Source of the DNA: Actinomycetota bacterium
GTDB lineage: Bacteria; Actinomycetota; Thermoleophilia; Solirubrobacterales; 70-9
Direction of reading: 5' to 3'
DNA: 60,172 nt
Assembly (NCBI GenBank): GCA_046731495.1
Contig: JBKPLC010000031.1
Coordinates: 1 to 60,172, forward strand
Shown: positions 1 through 9,936 of the stretch, in pieces
Layout of the letters: each line of letters starts with the position of its first letter
How positions within the stretch are numbered: position 1 is the stretch's first letter
The notes under the pieces: generated by a model
Seen by the model: only the letters and a program-made list of their open reading frames with translations
The model's database searches: none
Told to the model about the DNA's origin: nothing
Made by a program: the position numbers and the translations under genes

Positions 1-69
1 TCAAGCAGAAGACGGCATACGAGATGGAATTGTTCGTCTCGTGGGCTCGGAGATGTGTATAAGAGACAG
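1..69. other. Illumina Nextera i7/P7 library adapter (sequencing artefact, not genomic DNA)
   Basis: Bases 2-25 CAAGCAGAAGACGGCATACGAGAT, 26-35 GGAATTGTTC (10-nt index), 36-50 GTCTCGTGGGCTCGG, 51-69 AGATGTGTATAAGAGACAG (Tn5 mosaic end). Genomic sequence begins at 70. Confidence 0.95.
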
Positions 70-2599
70 CCTCGTAGCCGTCGGGGCCGAGCGCCTCGCG
101 TAGCCGGGACTCGATCGCGGCCCAGTGCTCGGCCTCGGGCGGCACCCGGACCGTTCCGATCTCGGCGCGCACCTCGGCCGCCGCGGCGAACAGCCGCACC
201 GCATCCTCGTGGGCCTCGAGTCCCGCGGCGATCTCCCCGAGGCCGTCAAGACAGTCGGGGACCCAAGTCAGGCGGCCGCTCTCGGCGCACGCGTCGAGTG
301 CGGCTAGCGCATGCCGGCGAGCGGCCTGCCAGTTGCCGCGCGATGCGGCGATGCGACCGAGCCTCAGGCGGGCCTGGCCTACGAGTAGGCGACTCTCGAT
401 CCGCTCGGCGAGAGCTTGCGCCTCCAGCGCAGCGGTTTCGGCGGCCTCGTCACCCAGCAGGCGGCGAGCGTCGGAGAGGAAGAGGAGCGTCCACGCGGTC
501 GCTTGGGCGTCCCCTCCCTCGAGCAGCGGCACCACTCCCTCGAGGCGGTCGCGAGCCTCCGCGAAGCGGCCGGCAGCCACCTCGCCAACGGCCATGCCGT
601 TCAGCGATATCAGCACTCCGATACCCGCGCCGAGCTTGAGCGTTACTTCGAGACGACGCTCCAGCCGCTCGATCGCACGCTCCGGCTCGCCCTGCCAGAT
701 CTCGGCGAGGGCCGTAATGAGGTCGGCATTTGCATCCATGGCCGGCTCACCGATCCCCTCCACCGCGGCGCGCATCCGGTCCGACGCGTCTTGCGCCTCG
801 GCTAGGCGCCCGTCGTTCAGACCCATCCAACCGACGTAGTACCAGCGCCGCGCGACCAGGAAGGGATCACCTATCTCCTCCGCGAGCGGGGCCACCTCGT
901 CGTTGGCGAGCGCGGCGAGGTCGAAGCCGCCCTGCTGGATGTGGGCAAAGGTGGTCACCTGTCCCGCCGTCACCAGCGCCCAGTCGTCGCCCACTTCCTG
1001 AGCTTGCTCGGCCGCGCGGGCAAGCTCCCCGCGCGCCGCCCGCGGATCGGCGAACACGCGAGCGGTACCGAGCTGAGCGCGTGCGCGGGCAGCCGTTGCC
1101 TGGTCGCCCACCTCGCTCGCGAGCGCAAGCGACTCGGTCGCATGGACCTCCGCAGCTTCGAATTCGCCCACCCAGACGGCGAGGTAGGCCCTGCCGTGGA
1201 AGACGCGCGCTCGTAGTGCGGGTTCGCCCTCGCCGGCGACCTCCAGGGAGCGGGAATGAGCAAGCTCGGCCTCTGCGAACCGGCCGCGCGCGCCCCACCA
1301 GCGGTACAACGCCACGCAGAAGCGCAGCGCGGGCGACGGCTCGCTCTTGAGCGCATAGTCGAGCGCAGCCGCCAGGTTGTCGGCCTCGTGGTCCAGCACG
1401 GCAAGCCACTCCCGCTGGGCACCCGTCTCCAGCTGCGGCCCCGCCTCCTCGGCGAGCGCCAGGAAGTGATCGCGGTGTCGGGCGCGCACCGCGTCCTCCT
1501 CATCGGCATCCGACAGCTGCTGGAACGCGTACTCGCGCACGGTCTCGAGCAGGCGGTAGCGCGTCGCGGCGCCGCGCTGCTCGGCGATCACAAGCGACTG
1601 CTCGACCAGCGAACCGAGCAGATCGAGGATGCGCTCGCGCTCGAGACCGTCGCCGGCGCAGACGGACTCCGCCGCCTCGAGAGTGAAGCCGCCCACGAAA
1701 ACTGCAACGCGCCGGAGCAGGCGCTGCTCCTCGCCGGAGAGAAGCTCGTGGCTCCAGTCCACCGATGCCCGCAGGGTCTGGTAGCGCTCCAGGGCGGTGC
1801 GCGGGCCGCCGGTCAGCAGGCGGAAACGGTCCGACAGTCCGGTCGAGATCTGCTCCGTCGAGAGCATGCGGAGGCGCGCCGCCGCCAGCTCGATGGCAAG
1901 CGGCAGGCCATCCAGCTCACGGCACAGTTGGGCCACGGAATCGGAGTTCTCATCCGTGACGGCGAAGCCGGGACTGACGTTGCCGGCGCGCTCGACGAAC
2001 AGCGCCACCGCGTCCGAGCCAGCGAGCCCCTCGCCATCAGTCGCTGGAAGGGAAAGCGGCGGAACCCGCCAATCAGTCTCTCCGGCCACCCCGAGCGGGG
2101 CCCGGCTGGTCGCCAGAACGGTGGCATCGGGACAGCCCTGCAGAAGCGGCTGGGCCACCTGGGCGCACGCCTCCAGCAGGTGCTCGCAGCTATCGAGCAC
2201 GACCATCGCCCGGCGTGAGGCCAGGTAGGCGCAGACAGCCTGAAGCTCGGTGAAGCCCGGCAGGGGGCGCACTTCCAATGCCTCGGCCACGGTCGCCGCG
2301 ACCAGCTGCTCCTCGGCGAGCGGCGCCAGATCGACCCACCAGACGCCGTCGGGGAACCGGTCCGCGACCTGGGAAGCGAACCGCAGGCCGAGTCGGGTCT
2401 TGCCGCAACCGCCCGGACCGGTCAGGGTCAGCAGTCGCGTCGCCGCCAGCACCTCGCCCAGCTCCGCGAGTTCGCGCTCTCTCCCCACGAAGCTCGAGAG
2501 CGGCGTAAGCAGCTCCAGCGGATGCGGGGCGGCGTCCGCGACCTCGACAACATTCGCGTCGCCGCTGCCGTTCGATTCCCAGCGGTGGATCTCGGTCAT
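70..2599 (-). CDS. STAND-class P-loop NTPase with C-terminal TPR-like repeats (AfsR/MalT/COG3903-like ATPase), 3' end truncated by contig edge
   Basis: Absent from the ORF track because it has no stop inside the window. Hand translation of the minus strand from ATG 2599 (AAGGAGG 8 nt upstream) stays open to the adapter junction. Walker A LLTLTGPGGCGKTRL is encoded around 2399-2440, followed by an NB-ARC-like core (..LDGLPLAIELAAARL..) and long Ala/Leu-rich TPR-like repeats. Only about 40 aa precede the P-loop. Confidence 0.75.
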
Positions 2600-2866
2600 C
2601 GCCACAGCCTCCTTGGCACGAGGACCTTCTCCCCTCTCGAGCCGCCCGATGGCGGGACCGCTCGAGGTGTGCTGCCCATCACTCGGTACATCTGACCCGC
2701 ATCAACGTACCGCCCCGACGAGTCGCAGAGCTGCCCGATTTTGGGTGAGGTCGACCGGTCCCGGGGAACGAGTGGCACAGAAAATCGTCCACTTGGGTGA
2801 TGTTCTTGGGACCGCGCGCCACCAAGGTTCTCGTTGTCCAGGGCAACGAACCGAAGGGAGACCGTA

Positions 2867-3514
2867 ATGCTTCCGTCTTCTCGCACACTTCTCGTCCTCC
2901 TCGTGGCCAGCGTCGTACTGGATCTCGCGGCACCCGTTGCGCAGTCGAGTGACTTGGATCAGATCTCGGCGCAGATCGCCAAGACGTGCAAGAAGAAGCA
3001 TCCGGGGACGAAGAAGGAGCGAAGGAAGTGCAAGAAGACGGTGACGCCGCAGACGGTGACGCCGCAGACGGTGACGCCGCAGACGGTGACGCCGCCCGCC
3101 ATGACCTGCGCGAACGACGGTTCGGAGCCCAATGATTCGATCAATCAGGCGACGCCGCTCACGTTTCAGACCTCCGAATATTTCATTGAGGCCGGCGGCC
3201 GCTTCTTCCTTTGCCCGTCCGACAGGGACGTCTTCAGGTTCACGGTGGCCTTCTCCATGGCCTTTTATGTCTGCGTGGATACACCCGATTCGAACCTCGC
3301 TCCATTGGCGCGGCTCTATGACTACAAGGGCGAGCTGCTCAGTTGGAACTGGGACTCTGACACCTATGGCGGCACCCCTCCCCACCAGTTCTGTGGACAG
3401 TTCTGGGTGGCCCAGCCGACGACACTGTACGCCGAGGTGTCAGGAAGGTCGGCCGAGACCAGCGCCGGCTACACCCTGTCTATCGCGGCTTTCACCTATC
3501 AGGGCCCTTTCTAG
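2867..3514 (+). CDS. small secreted protein with Lys-rich linker, TVTPQ tandem repeat and pre-peptidase C-terminal (PPC)-like domain
   Basis: ATG 2867 has GGGAG 8 nt upstream. Signal-peptide-like MLPSSRTLLVLLVASVVLDLAAP. EPNDSINQATPL followed by D.D.F.F and Y.L.I spacing is typical of PPC domains. The ORF track frame starts at 2834. Confidence 0.6.
   Translation: MLPSSRTLLVLLVASVVLDLAAPVAQSSDLDQISAQIAKTCKKKHPGTKKERRKCKKTVTPQTVTPQTVTPQTVTPPAMTCANDGSEPNDSINQATPLTFQTSEYFIEAGGRFFLCPSDRDVFRFTVAFSMAFYVCVDTPDSNLAPLARLYDYKGELLSWNWDSDTYGGTPPHQFCGQFWVAQPTTLYAEVSGRSAETSAGYTLSIAAFTYQGPF
3038..3095 (+). repeat. 15-bp tandem repeat ACGGTGACGCCGCAG, about 3.9 copies (encodes TVTPQ x4)
   Basis: Three perfect head-to-tail copies are directly visible at 3038-3082, followed by a partial fourth. 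Confidence 0.9.
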
Positions 3515-4095
3515 AAGCCATCCGATCGTCCACAGCGCGACGATCAGCAGGCCGCTGAACGCCACCCGCATCCAAGATGCTCCCGAAACGTCTTTTCCAT
3601 GCAATGCATGGGTCTACGCTCGTCTGGCTCGGGAATGCCGGAACCGACCGGCGGCGATGCTTCGCGCGGCGCCGATCGCAGTCAGCTGACGACGATCGAT
3701 TCCTTCGTCATGTCTGCCCACTTAGGGTTACTAAGTGGCTCTAGCCACCGGGTCAGCGCTGGGAACGGGTTGTCCGGGAGGCGGGGGCGGCCGAGGTCCA
3801 GGCCGCCTCGCACCTCAGGCTCAGCCTCGAAGACGACCCGGCGCTGGTTCCGTTGGAGACACTCCCCGGCCGGGATCATTACCTGTTCCCATGGGGCGAG
3901 GAACCTCCCTGGAGCTGGTCGATCGCCTCACCGCCGAGCGGTCGCCCCTCCCGTTAGAGCTGTGACGCGAGAGAAGCTCCGCAACGAACAGTCTGAGAGT
4001 GCTGCTTTGGACGAGAGGCGACGCGTTGTGATGGGAAAGCGGCGCTTGCCCCTTAGAGTTGAAACCAGGTTCGGATCGATCGAACGGATTCGGTG

Positions 4096-4803
4096 ATGCG
4101 CATCCTCTCCCTGATCCATGAGACCGACGTTCCGTCGGGATCGTTCTCCACCACGGCAAGGGAGCTCGGGCATTCCGTGGATGAGCACAGTTTCTCGCTG
4201 GGGTCGCCGCCGAGCCCCGCGGAAACGTACGACGCCGTGATGATCTTCGGGGGGACGGATAACGTCGACGAGCGCAGCGCCAAGCCGTGGATGGACCGCG
4301 AACTCGAAGAGGTGGGCCGCCTGATCGCCGGCCGCACGCCCGTGCTCGGCATCTGCCTCGGCGGACAGCTCATCGCTGAGGCGGCCGGCGGTTCCGTCTT
4401 TCCGCTCGGCCACGAGGGTGTTGGCTGGCAGGAGATCGAGCTATCCCCTGAGGCGCCGAAGGATCCGTTGGTCGGGGGGTTGCCCGCACGTTTCCGTGCG
4501 TATCTATGGCACGAGTATCAGTTCTCGCTGCCGGAGAAGGCGGTCCCACTCGGGCGGAGCGATGACTGTCTTCAGGCGTTCCGCCTGGGCGACCGGGTCT
4601 GGGCTTTGCAGTTCCATCCGGAGGTCACCGCCAAGATCGCGGACACCTGGATCGAGGAGTATGGCGAGGAGGCTGGAATCGATCGTCGGATCTCACACCG
4701 TGAGGTGGCGCGGAACATCGCGTCCTGGAATCAGCTGGGTGACGCTGTCTGCCGCCGGTTCCTCGCGATCGCCGCCTCGCATACCGCCGCTTTGGACGAG
4801 TAG
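4096..4803 (+). CDS. class I glutamine amidotransferase (GATase1) family protein
   Basis: Nucleophile elbow LGICLGGQL and the QFHPE His/Glu motif are present. GTG 4093 and ATG 4096 are adjacent candidate starts. Confidence 0.8.
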   Translation: MRILSLIHETDVPSGSFSTTARELGHSVDEHSFSLGSPPSPAETYDAVMIFGGTDNVDERSAKPWMDRELEEVGRLIAGRTPVLGICLGGQLIAEAAGGSVFPLGHEGVGWQEIELSPEAPKDPLVGGLPARFRAYLWHEYQFSLPEKAVPLGRSDDCLQAFRLGDRVWALQFHPEVTAKIADTWIEEYGEEAGIDRRISHREVARNIASWNQLGDAVCRRFLAIAASHTAALDE

Positions 4804-4889
4804 GGCAGCCTCGCATCCGCCCAAGGTGGTGGGTGATTAGGTGGCCCTGGATGCCGCGGCCCGCGCCGGCGGCCGTGGCAGGGGGCGAC

Positions 4890-7199
4890 TCAGGGCGCGG
4901 CGTTCACGAATGGCTGATACGGGCGGCAGGGCTCCCCGCGAAGTCCCGGACACGGCGGCGGCCCGGTGGGAGCGCTCACGCCGGGCACGACCGGCAGGAG
5001 GAGTCGCGAGGGCCTGTTCTTCCCGTACCCGATCGCGACCTGCGCCTGGCCGGGCGGATCGGTCTCGCCGAACGACCAGACCGGCTGGTCGCCGTTCGGC
5101 GCGCTGATCCTCACCCGGATGCGGGAACCCGCCCGGTACATGTGGCCCTCGTAATAGAGCGGGATCGTGACCTTCACGAACTCGTTCGGAGGCAGCGGCG
5201 AGACGTCCGCCGCGCGGAGACTGAGAACCGGTTCGAGCAGCGTGCTCTTGCTCGCATCGAGCTTCCGCTCGTTCGCCCGCACCCAGCCGTTCTGGACGAA
5301 GGTCTCCTTGCCGTCGGGCCGGACCTCGCTGACGGTCGCCTGCAGGTCGACGTTCGGTGTCGAGGAGCGGACCCAGACGTCCACCGCGCCCGCGCCGATC
5401 ACCGCGGTGTCGCCGCTCAGCGGCGGGGTCACATAGGCGACCGCGGTGCCCGCGGGGTCCTGCGTCCACTGGTAGTTCGGCGTCGCCGTCCAGAGGCCCC
5501 CGTCGCCCGCCCCGGTGTCACCGGTGAAGTCGGTCAGCGGGCGAGCATGGGCGTCCCAGGTGAAACCGTCCGCCGCGTTCTTTGCCGGAAGCTGGTTAGC
5601 GAGGCTGCCGCCGGGCGCCAGGTACCAGGAGCGAGCGGTCGTGCCCGGGATCGGGAAGCTCGAGAAGGAGCGCTCGAAGCCGGGGTAGGGCCAGCCGGGG
5701 TTCGACGCGTTGCCGGCGCCGTTGTCGAACAGGACGCGGATCTGCGGCTGTGCGTCGAACGCCGCCTTGGCGAGGTCGTAAGTCGGCTGCAGCTGGATCA
5801 GGTCGGGCGGCAGGGTCGCCAGGGGCGGTGCGCCTCCGGGCCCGTTGATGCCGAAGATCGCCTGCATCGCCGCGGGCCAGCTGGCCTGAACGGTCGCCGA
5901 TTTGGTGATCGGTGCCTCCTTGGCGACGTACAGCTCCAGGAAGTCGAATAAGCGGTTGTAGGTCTCGGGGTCGAGCGAGTCGGTGTGGACCCCGTTCGTG
6001 AATGTGAACCACTTCTTGTTCGTGCCGGTCATGTGCTCGGCGAGCGTCGGGCAGTGTCCGCCGGTCTGCTCGTCTGTCCACTGGCAAGCCATGAAGACCG
6101 GCACATTGATCTTGTTGACGAAGGTGATGGGCGAGAGCGGGTCCGCGACCTCGGGCACGTAGTGGTCGTTGGCGCGGATCTTCGCCAGCAGGTCGACTGC
6201 CTCCGGGTGGAGGGCCTGGTTGGCTGCGCAGGTCTGATCGCCCTCCTGGATCCGCTGATAGGCATACGGCTGGCCGCTGTCGGGGCCCGCCGGCAAGGCC
6301 TCGTGCTGACGCTCCAGCGCCCAGTTGACGGCGAAGCCGGTGTTGAGGATGCCGCCCGGGTAGAGGGTCGTCTGCGTCTGGTCGATCACCGAGAGGGGCG
6401 CGATCGCGGCCAGATCCGGCGGCTGGGTCTGGGCGGTGAAGAGCTGGCTGATGCCGCCGTAGGAGATGCCCAGCATCCCGACCTTGTTGTGCGCCACCCA
6501 GGGCTGGCGGGCGACCGTCTCGACGACGTCGTAGCCGTCGAGGTTCTGCAGCGGCTCGAAGAAGTCGAACGCCCCGCCGGAGCAGCCGGTGCCGCGCATG
6601 TTGACGTCGACCACCGTGAAGCCCATCAGGTTGGCCAGCGCCGCGATCCCGCTGACCGGCCCTTCCGGCCTGGCGTAGCCGTAGCCCGAGTACTCGACCA
6701 GGGTCGGGGCGGGAACGCTGTCGGTGATCGGCAGGTGCGGGAGGTCGATGCCCTGGGTGTTCAGGACGTCGGTGGGCGGATGGACCGAGTAGGCCAGCTT
6801 CGTCCCGTCGCGCGTGGTCATGTAGCCGTAGCCGTCCGACGGGATCGCCTGGTTGTAGACGTCGGTCGAGGGCGGAGCCGACTGCGTCGTCAGCACCCTC
6901 AGCGGCCCCGACGTCTCGCCGGTGGTGTCGAGTCGCACGCGGTAGCCGTCTCCCGGCGTGACGTTTCGCCACAGGGCTCCGCCCAGGTCGTTCGCGCTCC
7001 TGGTCGCGACCACCCCGCCCGAGGGATCGAGCAGCGAGGTCGAGGCGCCGGCGGGCAGGCCGGTCGCGTAGACCTGCTCGACGCTGCCGTGTGCGCTGAA
7101 GGACGGCTCGGCCGCGCTCGCCCCGCTCGCGAAGGCGAGCGCGACGACAGCCCCACACAGGAACGTCCCCACTTTCCGGTACACCGCGGCATCACTCAA
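4890..7199 (-). CDS. secreted CocE/NonD (peptidase S15-like) alpha/beta hydrolase
   Basis: 769-aa ORF with signal peptide ..CGAVVALAFASGASAAEP and GxSxG elbow GISYGG. A long C-terminal beta-rich domain resembles X-Pro dipeptidyl-peptidase C-terminal domains. Start could be TTG 7199 or GTG 7184. Confidence 0.8.
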   Translation of the reverse strand: MSDAAVYRKVGTFLCGAVVALAFASGASAAEPSFSAHGSVEQVYATGLPAGASTSLLDPSGGVVATRSANDLGGALWRNVTPGDGYRVRLDTTGETSGPLRVLTTQSAPPSTDVYNQAIPSDGYGYMTTRDGTKLAYSVHPPTDVLNTQGIDLPHLPITDSVPAPTLVEYSGYGYARPEGPVSGIAALANLMGFTVVDVNMRGTGCSGGAFDFFEPLQNLDGYDVVETVARQPWVAHNKVGMLGISYGGISQLFTAQTQPPDLAAIAPLSVIDQTQTTLYPGGILNTGFAVNWALERQHEALPAGPDSGQPYAYQRIQEGDQTCAANQALHPEAVDLLAKIRANDHYVPEVADPLSPITFVNKINVPVFMACQWTDEQTGGHCPTLAEHMTGTNKKWFTFTNGVHTDSLDPETYNRLFDFLELYVAKEAPITKSATVQASWPAAMQAIFGINGPGGAPPLATLPPDLIQLQPTYDLAKAAFDAQPQIRVLFDNGAGNASNPGWPYPGFERSFSSFPIPGTTARSWYLAPGGSLANQLPAKNAADGFTWDAHARPLTDFTGDTGAGDGGLWTATPNYQWTQDPAGTAVAYVTPPLSGDTAVIGAGAVDVWVRSSTPNVDLQATVSEVRPDGKETFVQNGWVRANERKLDASKSTLLEPVLSLRAADVSPLPPNEFVKVTIPLYYEGHMYRAGSRIRVRISAPNGDQPVWSFGETDPPGQAQVAIGYGKNRPSRLLLPVVPGVSAPTGPPPCPGLRGEPCRPYQPFVNAAP

Positions 7200-7236
7200 G
7201 CACAGAGCGGCGCCGCGTGTCGCAGTTCCCTACGTC

Positions 7237-8214
7237 CTACGCGTGCTGCTCCGCCTCCCTGCTCGCGCTGCGGATCAGACGGCGCCAGTCAGTGGTGCGG
7301 AAGACGAAGATCAGGGCGAGGGCGGCGAGGATCACGGTCCAGGCGGCGATCGCGATCTGCTGGCCGACCGAATAGGTGAGCACCGCGATCGGCCCCGGCC
7401 CGACCAGGGTCGCGACCAGCAGCGCCTGCTGCGCCCCGGCCCCGCCCGGTGTCAGCGGCAGCAGCGTCGAGATGGTCTGGACGCTCATCACCAGCAGCAC
7501 GTTCTGGAAGGTGCCGCCGACGTGGAAGGCCTCCAGGAAGAACCAGTACGAGAAGAACCGGAGCACCCAGCCGAACGCCTGCCAGGCGGCGACCGTCTGC
7601 AGGTATCGCGGCACGTCGGTGAGCACGATCGCGCCCTGCTTCACCCGGTCCCAGAACTGCTCGACGCGCCGTGCGAGCAGCGCGAAGATGACCACGGTCG
7701 CGATGCCGAGCGCGGTCAGGGTGAAGAGCAGCAGGCTGGGGTGCTCGGCCCAGAAGGCGATGTCGAATGCGGGCAGGTCGGGCAGTTCCGGGGGTTGTGG
7801 CAGCAGCCCCTGGGTGAGGGCGTAGATGAAGACCAGGATTCCCATCGAGGTGTCGAACACGGAGCCGACGAAGAACGAGGAAACGACGGTCGGATAGGTG
7901 GAGCGGCGGATCGAGCGCTTGGCGAGGAAGATCTTCACCGCGTCACCCACCCGCGCGGGAACCACGCTGTTCATCCCGGCGCCGATCAGGTAGGCGGCCG
8001 TGATCCGCGTGTAGGGAACCTTCCGGTCCGGATAGGCGGCGCAGAGCACGTTCTGCCAGGCGCGGCTGCGGGCGAGGAGATGAGCGAGGTAGAAGGCGAG
8101 CGCGATCGCCATCGCGAACCAGTTGATGTCGGCCAGGCGGTGGAAGAACTCCTCGGCGCCGTGCCGGAAGCTCTCGAAGCTGCTGGCGAGGTCCACCCCG
8201 AGCGGGGCGGGCAT
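7237..8214 (-). CDS. flippase-like / lysyl-phosphatidylglycerol-synthase TM-region (UPF0104) family membrane protein
   Basis: 325-aa polytopic ORF with family-like motifs VPARVGD and LLPLTPGGAGAQQ. Its start overlaps the stop of the upstream gene (ATGA at 8214). Confidence 0.7.
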   Translation of the reverse strand: MPAPLGVDLASSFESFRHGAEEFFHRLADINWFAMAIALAFYLAHLLARSRAWQNVLCAAYPDRKVPYTRITAAYLIGAGMNSVVPARVGDAVKIFLAKRSIRRSTYPTVVSSFFVGSVFDTSMGILVFIYALTQGLLPQPPELPDLPAFDIAFWAEHPSLLLFTLTALGIATVVIFALLARRVEQFWDRVKQGAIVLTDVPRYLQTVAAWQAFGWVLRFFSYWFFLEAFHVGGTFQNVLLVMSVQTISTLLPLTPGGAGAQQALLVATLVGPGPIAVLTYSVGQQIAIAAWTVILAALALIFVFRTTDWRRLIRSASREAEQHA

Positions 8215-9077
8215 CAGTCTTCGTCCACGACCCGGTGGCCCTCGGCGTTGAACAGTGCGCCGATGAGGAAAGCCATGTTCCCGAGCCAGAGCCAGATCAG
8301 CAGCACGATCACGGCGCCGAGAGTGCCATAGGTCCTGTCATAGGAGCTGAAGTGGGAGACGTAGAGCGTGAAGAGGAGCGAGGCGGCGAACCAGAGCGCT
8401 GTCCCGACGGCGGCCCCGGGTAGGACCGACTTCAGCGACCGGTCGTTCCGCCGCGCCGTCCGCCTCGGCCCGAGCGCGTAGACGATCGCGAACGCGGCGA
8501 GCAGCGCGGCGGCGCCGATCGGCCAGCGCAGATAGCCGACCAGCGGCTTGAGCACGTCCGGGAAGCCGGCGGCGTCGGCGATGGTCCCGAAAAGGGGACC
8601 GGCGACCACGACCGCGAGAAAGGCGATCAGGATCAGCAGCGTGACGAGCGCGGTCAGGCCGAGCCGGACCCCGAGGTTCGGCAGGAAGCTCCGCCCCTTC
8701 TCGGCGCGGTTGATCGCCTCGAGCGAGCGCATGGCGGCCCCCATCGCGCCGGACGCGGAGTAGACGCCGAGGGCGAGTCCGACGATCAGCAGCACCCCCG
8801 CGTTGCCGCGATTCTCAAGCGCGTCGTGGAGCGCGCTGTCGATCGCGTTCACGGCGGTGCCCGGTGCCGCATCGCGAAGCGTGTTGATGATGCTCTGGTA
8901 GGTGTCCGGATAGGTCCCGAGGAGGGCGAGCAGCGAGACCATCACGAGCAGCGCCGGGAAGAGCGAGAGGATCGAGTAGTAGGTCTGGGCCGCCGCGCGG
9001 TCGGTCACCTGCACCTCCCCGAAGCGACCGTAGATCGCCTTCGCCATCGCCCACCACTCGGCCCTACCAGACGGCAT
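8214..9077 (-). CDS. YihY/BrkB family membrane protein
   Basis: 287-aa ORF with N-terminal ..AAQTYYSILSLFPALL.. and six hydrophobic segments typical of YihY/virulence factor BrkB proteins. Alternative start is ATG 9047. Confidence 0.75.
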   Translation of the reverse strand: MPSGRAEWWAMAKAIYGRFGEVQVTDRAAAQTYYSILSLFPALLVMVSLLALLGTYPDTYQSIINTLRDAAPGTAVNAIDSALHDALENRGNAGVLLIVGLALGVYSASGAMGAAMRSLEAINRAEKGRSFLPNLGVRLGLTALVTLLILIAFLAVVVAGPLFGTIADAAGFPDVLKPLVGYLRWPIGAAALLAAFAIVYALGPRRTARRNDRSLKSVLPGAAVGTALWFAASLLFTLYVSHFSSYDRTYGTLGAVIVLLIWLWLGNMAFLIGALFNAEGHRVVDED

Positions 9078-9936
9078 CGTGGGCCTCCATCACTCCGAGC
9101 GCTGAATCCACGGGCAGGCCCATGAGGGAGCCCGTGAAGGTGCCGAAGGGCGCCTCGTAGTCGGAGCGGGCGAACAGCGGGATGCCCTCGTGATGAGAGC
9201 GCTGCGTCTCCGCGCTGAAGTTGAGGCGCGACTCGTTCTCGAAGTGGATGGAGTCGAGGCCCTGGAAGTGCACCGGGCCCGGTTCGGTTGGCTCACCGGC
9301 CACCCAGATCGTCCGCTCGCTGTTGGCGGGCGGGTCGTTGATCCCGGCGACCAGATTCCAGGCGAAGCTGCGGCCGTCCCGGGCGGTGCCCACCCCGGCC
9401 GACCACTTCCACGATGTGTAGCGCGCGTGGTAGCCGGCCGAGTCGTCCTCGACGCCGAGACCTCTGAAGCTGCTGCTTCGCCTCCCAATCCGCACCTCGC
9501 CCCTCGCGGGCATGCCGGCGGCCTTTCGCGTCCACGTGTACCCGCCCTCGCCGTTCGGGCACATGCACTCGATCGGGTTGCCCTCGTCCAGCTCGAGGTC
9601 GAGCTCGATGGTCCTCGCGCGCACGCGGGTCGTCCGGCCGGACATGGCGACCTCGCTGCGCCGGCCGGGGAAGCCGCGGCGGGTGCCCTCCCAGAGCCGC
9701 CGCCGCTCGCGATCCCAGATCCCCCAGAAGGTCATCGACGCCGGGCCGACGTGCACGATCGCGGCGAAGACGATCAGGTTGTCAGCGAAGGCGCCGACCC
9801 AGCGCCAGCGCTTGCGGAACCGGCGACCGAGCAGCAGCGGCATCGGCGTGGGCGGGACGGGCAGCTCGGGACGATGATCGGCTCGCCCCCGCCAGGGCAG
9901 CTTGGCGACCTCCCCCTGGAACCGGTCTGGCTTCAA
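9064..9936 (-). CDS. DUF2804 domain protein
   Basis: This is the C-terminal 290 codons of the artefactual 922-aa ORF 9064..11832. ..KRWRWVGAF..FWGIWDRE..YHARYTSWKW.. resembles DUF2804 (family recalled from memory). Start is either TTG 9936, forming TTGA with the upstream stop, or ATG 9843. Confidence 0.6.
   Translation of the reverse strand: MKPDRFQGEVAKLPWRGRADHRPELPVPPTPMPLLLGRRFRKRWRWVGAFADNLIVFAAIVHVGPASMTFWGIWDRERRRLWEGTRRGFPGRRSEVAMSGRTTRVRARTIELDLELDEGNPIECMCPNGEGGYTWTRKAAGMPARGEVRIGRRSSSFRGLGVEDDSAGYHARYTSWKWSAGVGTARDGRSFAWNLVAGINDPPANSERTIWVAGEPTEPGPVHFQGLDSIHFENESRLNFSAETQRSHHEGIPLFARSDYEAPFGTFTGSLMGLPVDSALGVMEAHDAVW

Noticed and set aside
1256-2218. 320-aa plus-strand ORF, plus other ORFs listed between 55 and 2600.
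   Set aside because: The minus strand carries an uninterrupted frame with a Walker A motif and TPR-like repeats. That frame is missing from the track only because it has no stop codon inside the window.
70-2599. Possibility that the STAND NTPase is an Avs-like antiviral defence gene.
   Set aside because: No effector domain is visible (only about 40 aa precede the P-loop) and the C-terminus is missing. No neighbouring defence-type genes are present. The architecture fits AfsR/MalT/COG3903-type regulators equally well, so the idea is unsupported.
3038-3095. Short tandem repeats here and at about 14800-14900, considered as a possible CRISPR array.
   Set aside because: The repeats are head-to-tail without spacers, in frame, and lie inside coding sequence (TVTPQ and DSDGY repeats). 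No cas genes are present.
3682-3879. 65-aa minus-strand ORF in the gene-poor stretch, considered as a toxin/antitoxin remnant.
   Set aside because: It has no recognisable motif, no SD or -10 box, and weak coding character.
5596-7158. 520-aa minus-strand ORF in an alternative frame of the S15-like hydrolase gene.
   Set aside because: It is an Arg/Pro/Gly-rich off-frame translation. The 769-aa frame has a signal peptide and a GxSxG nucleophile.
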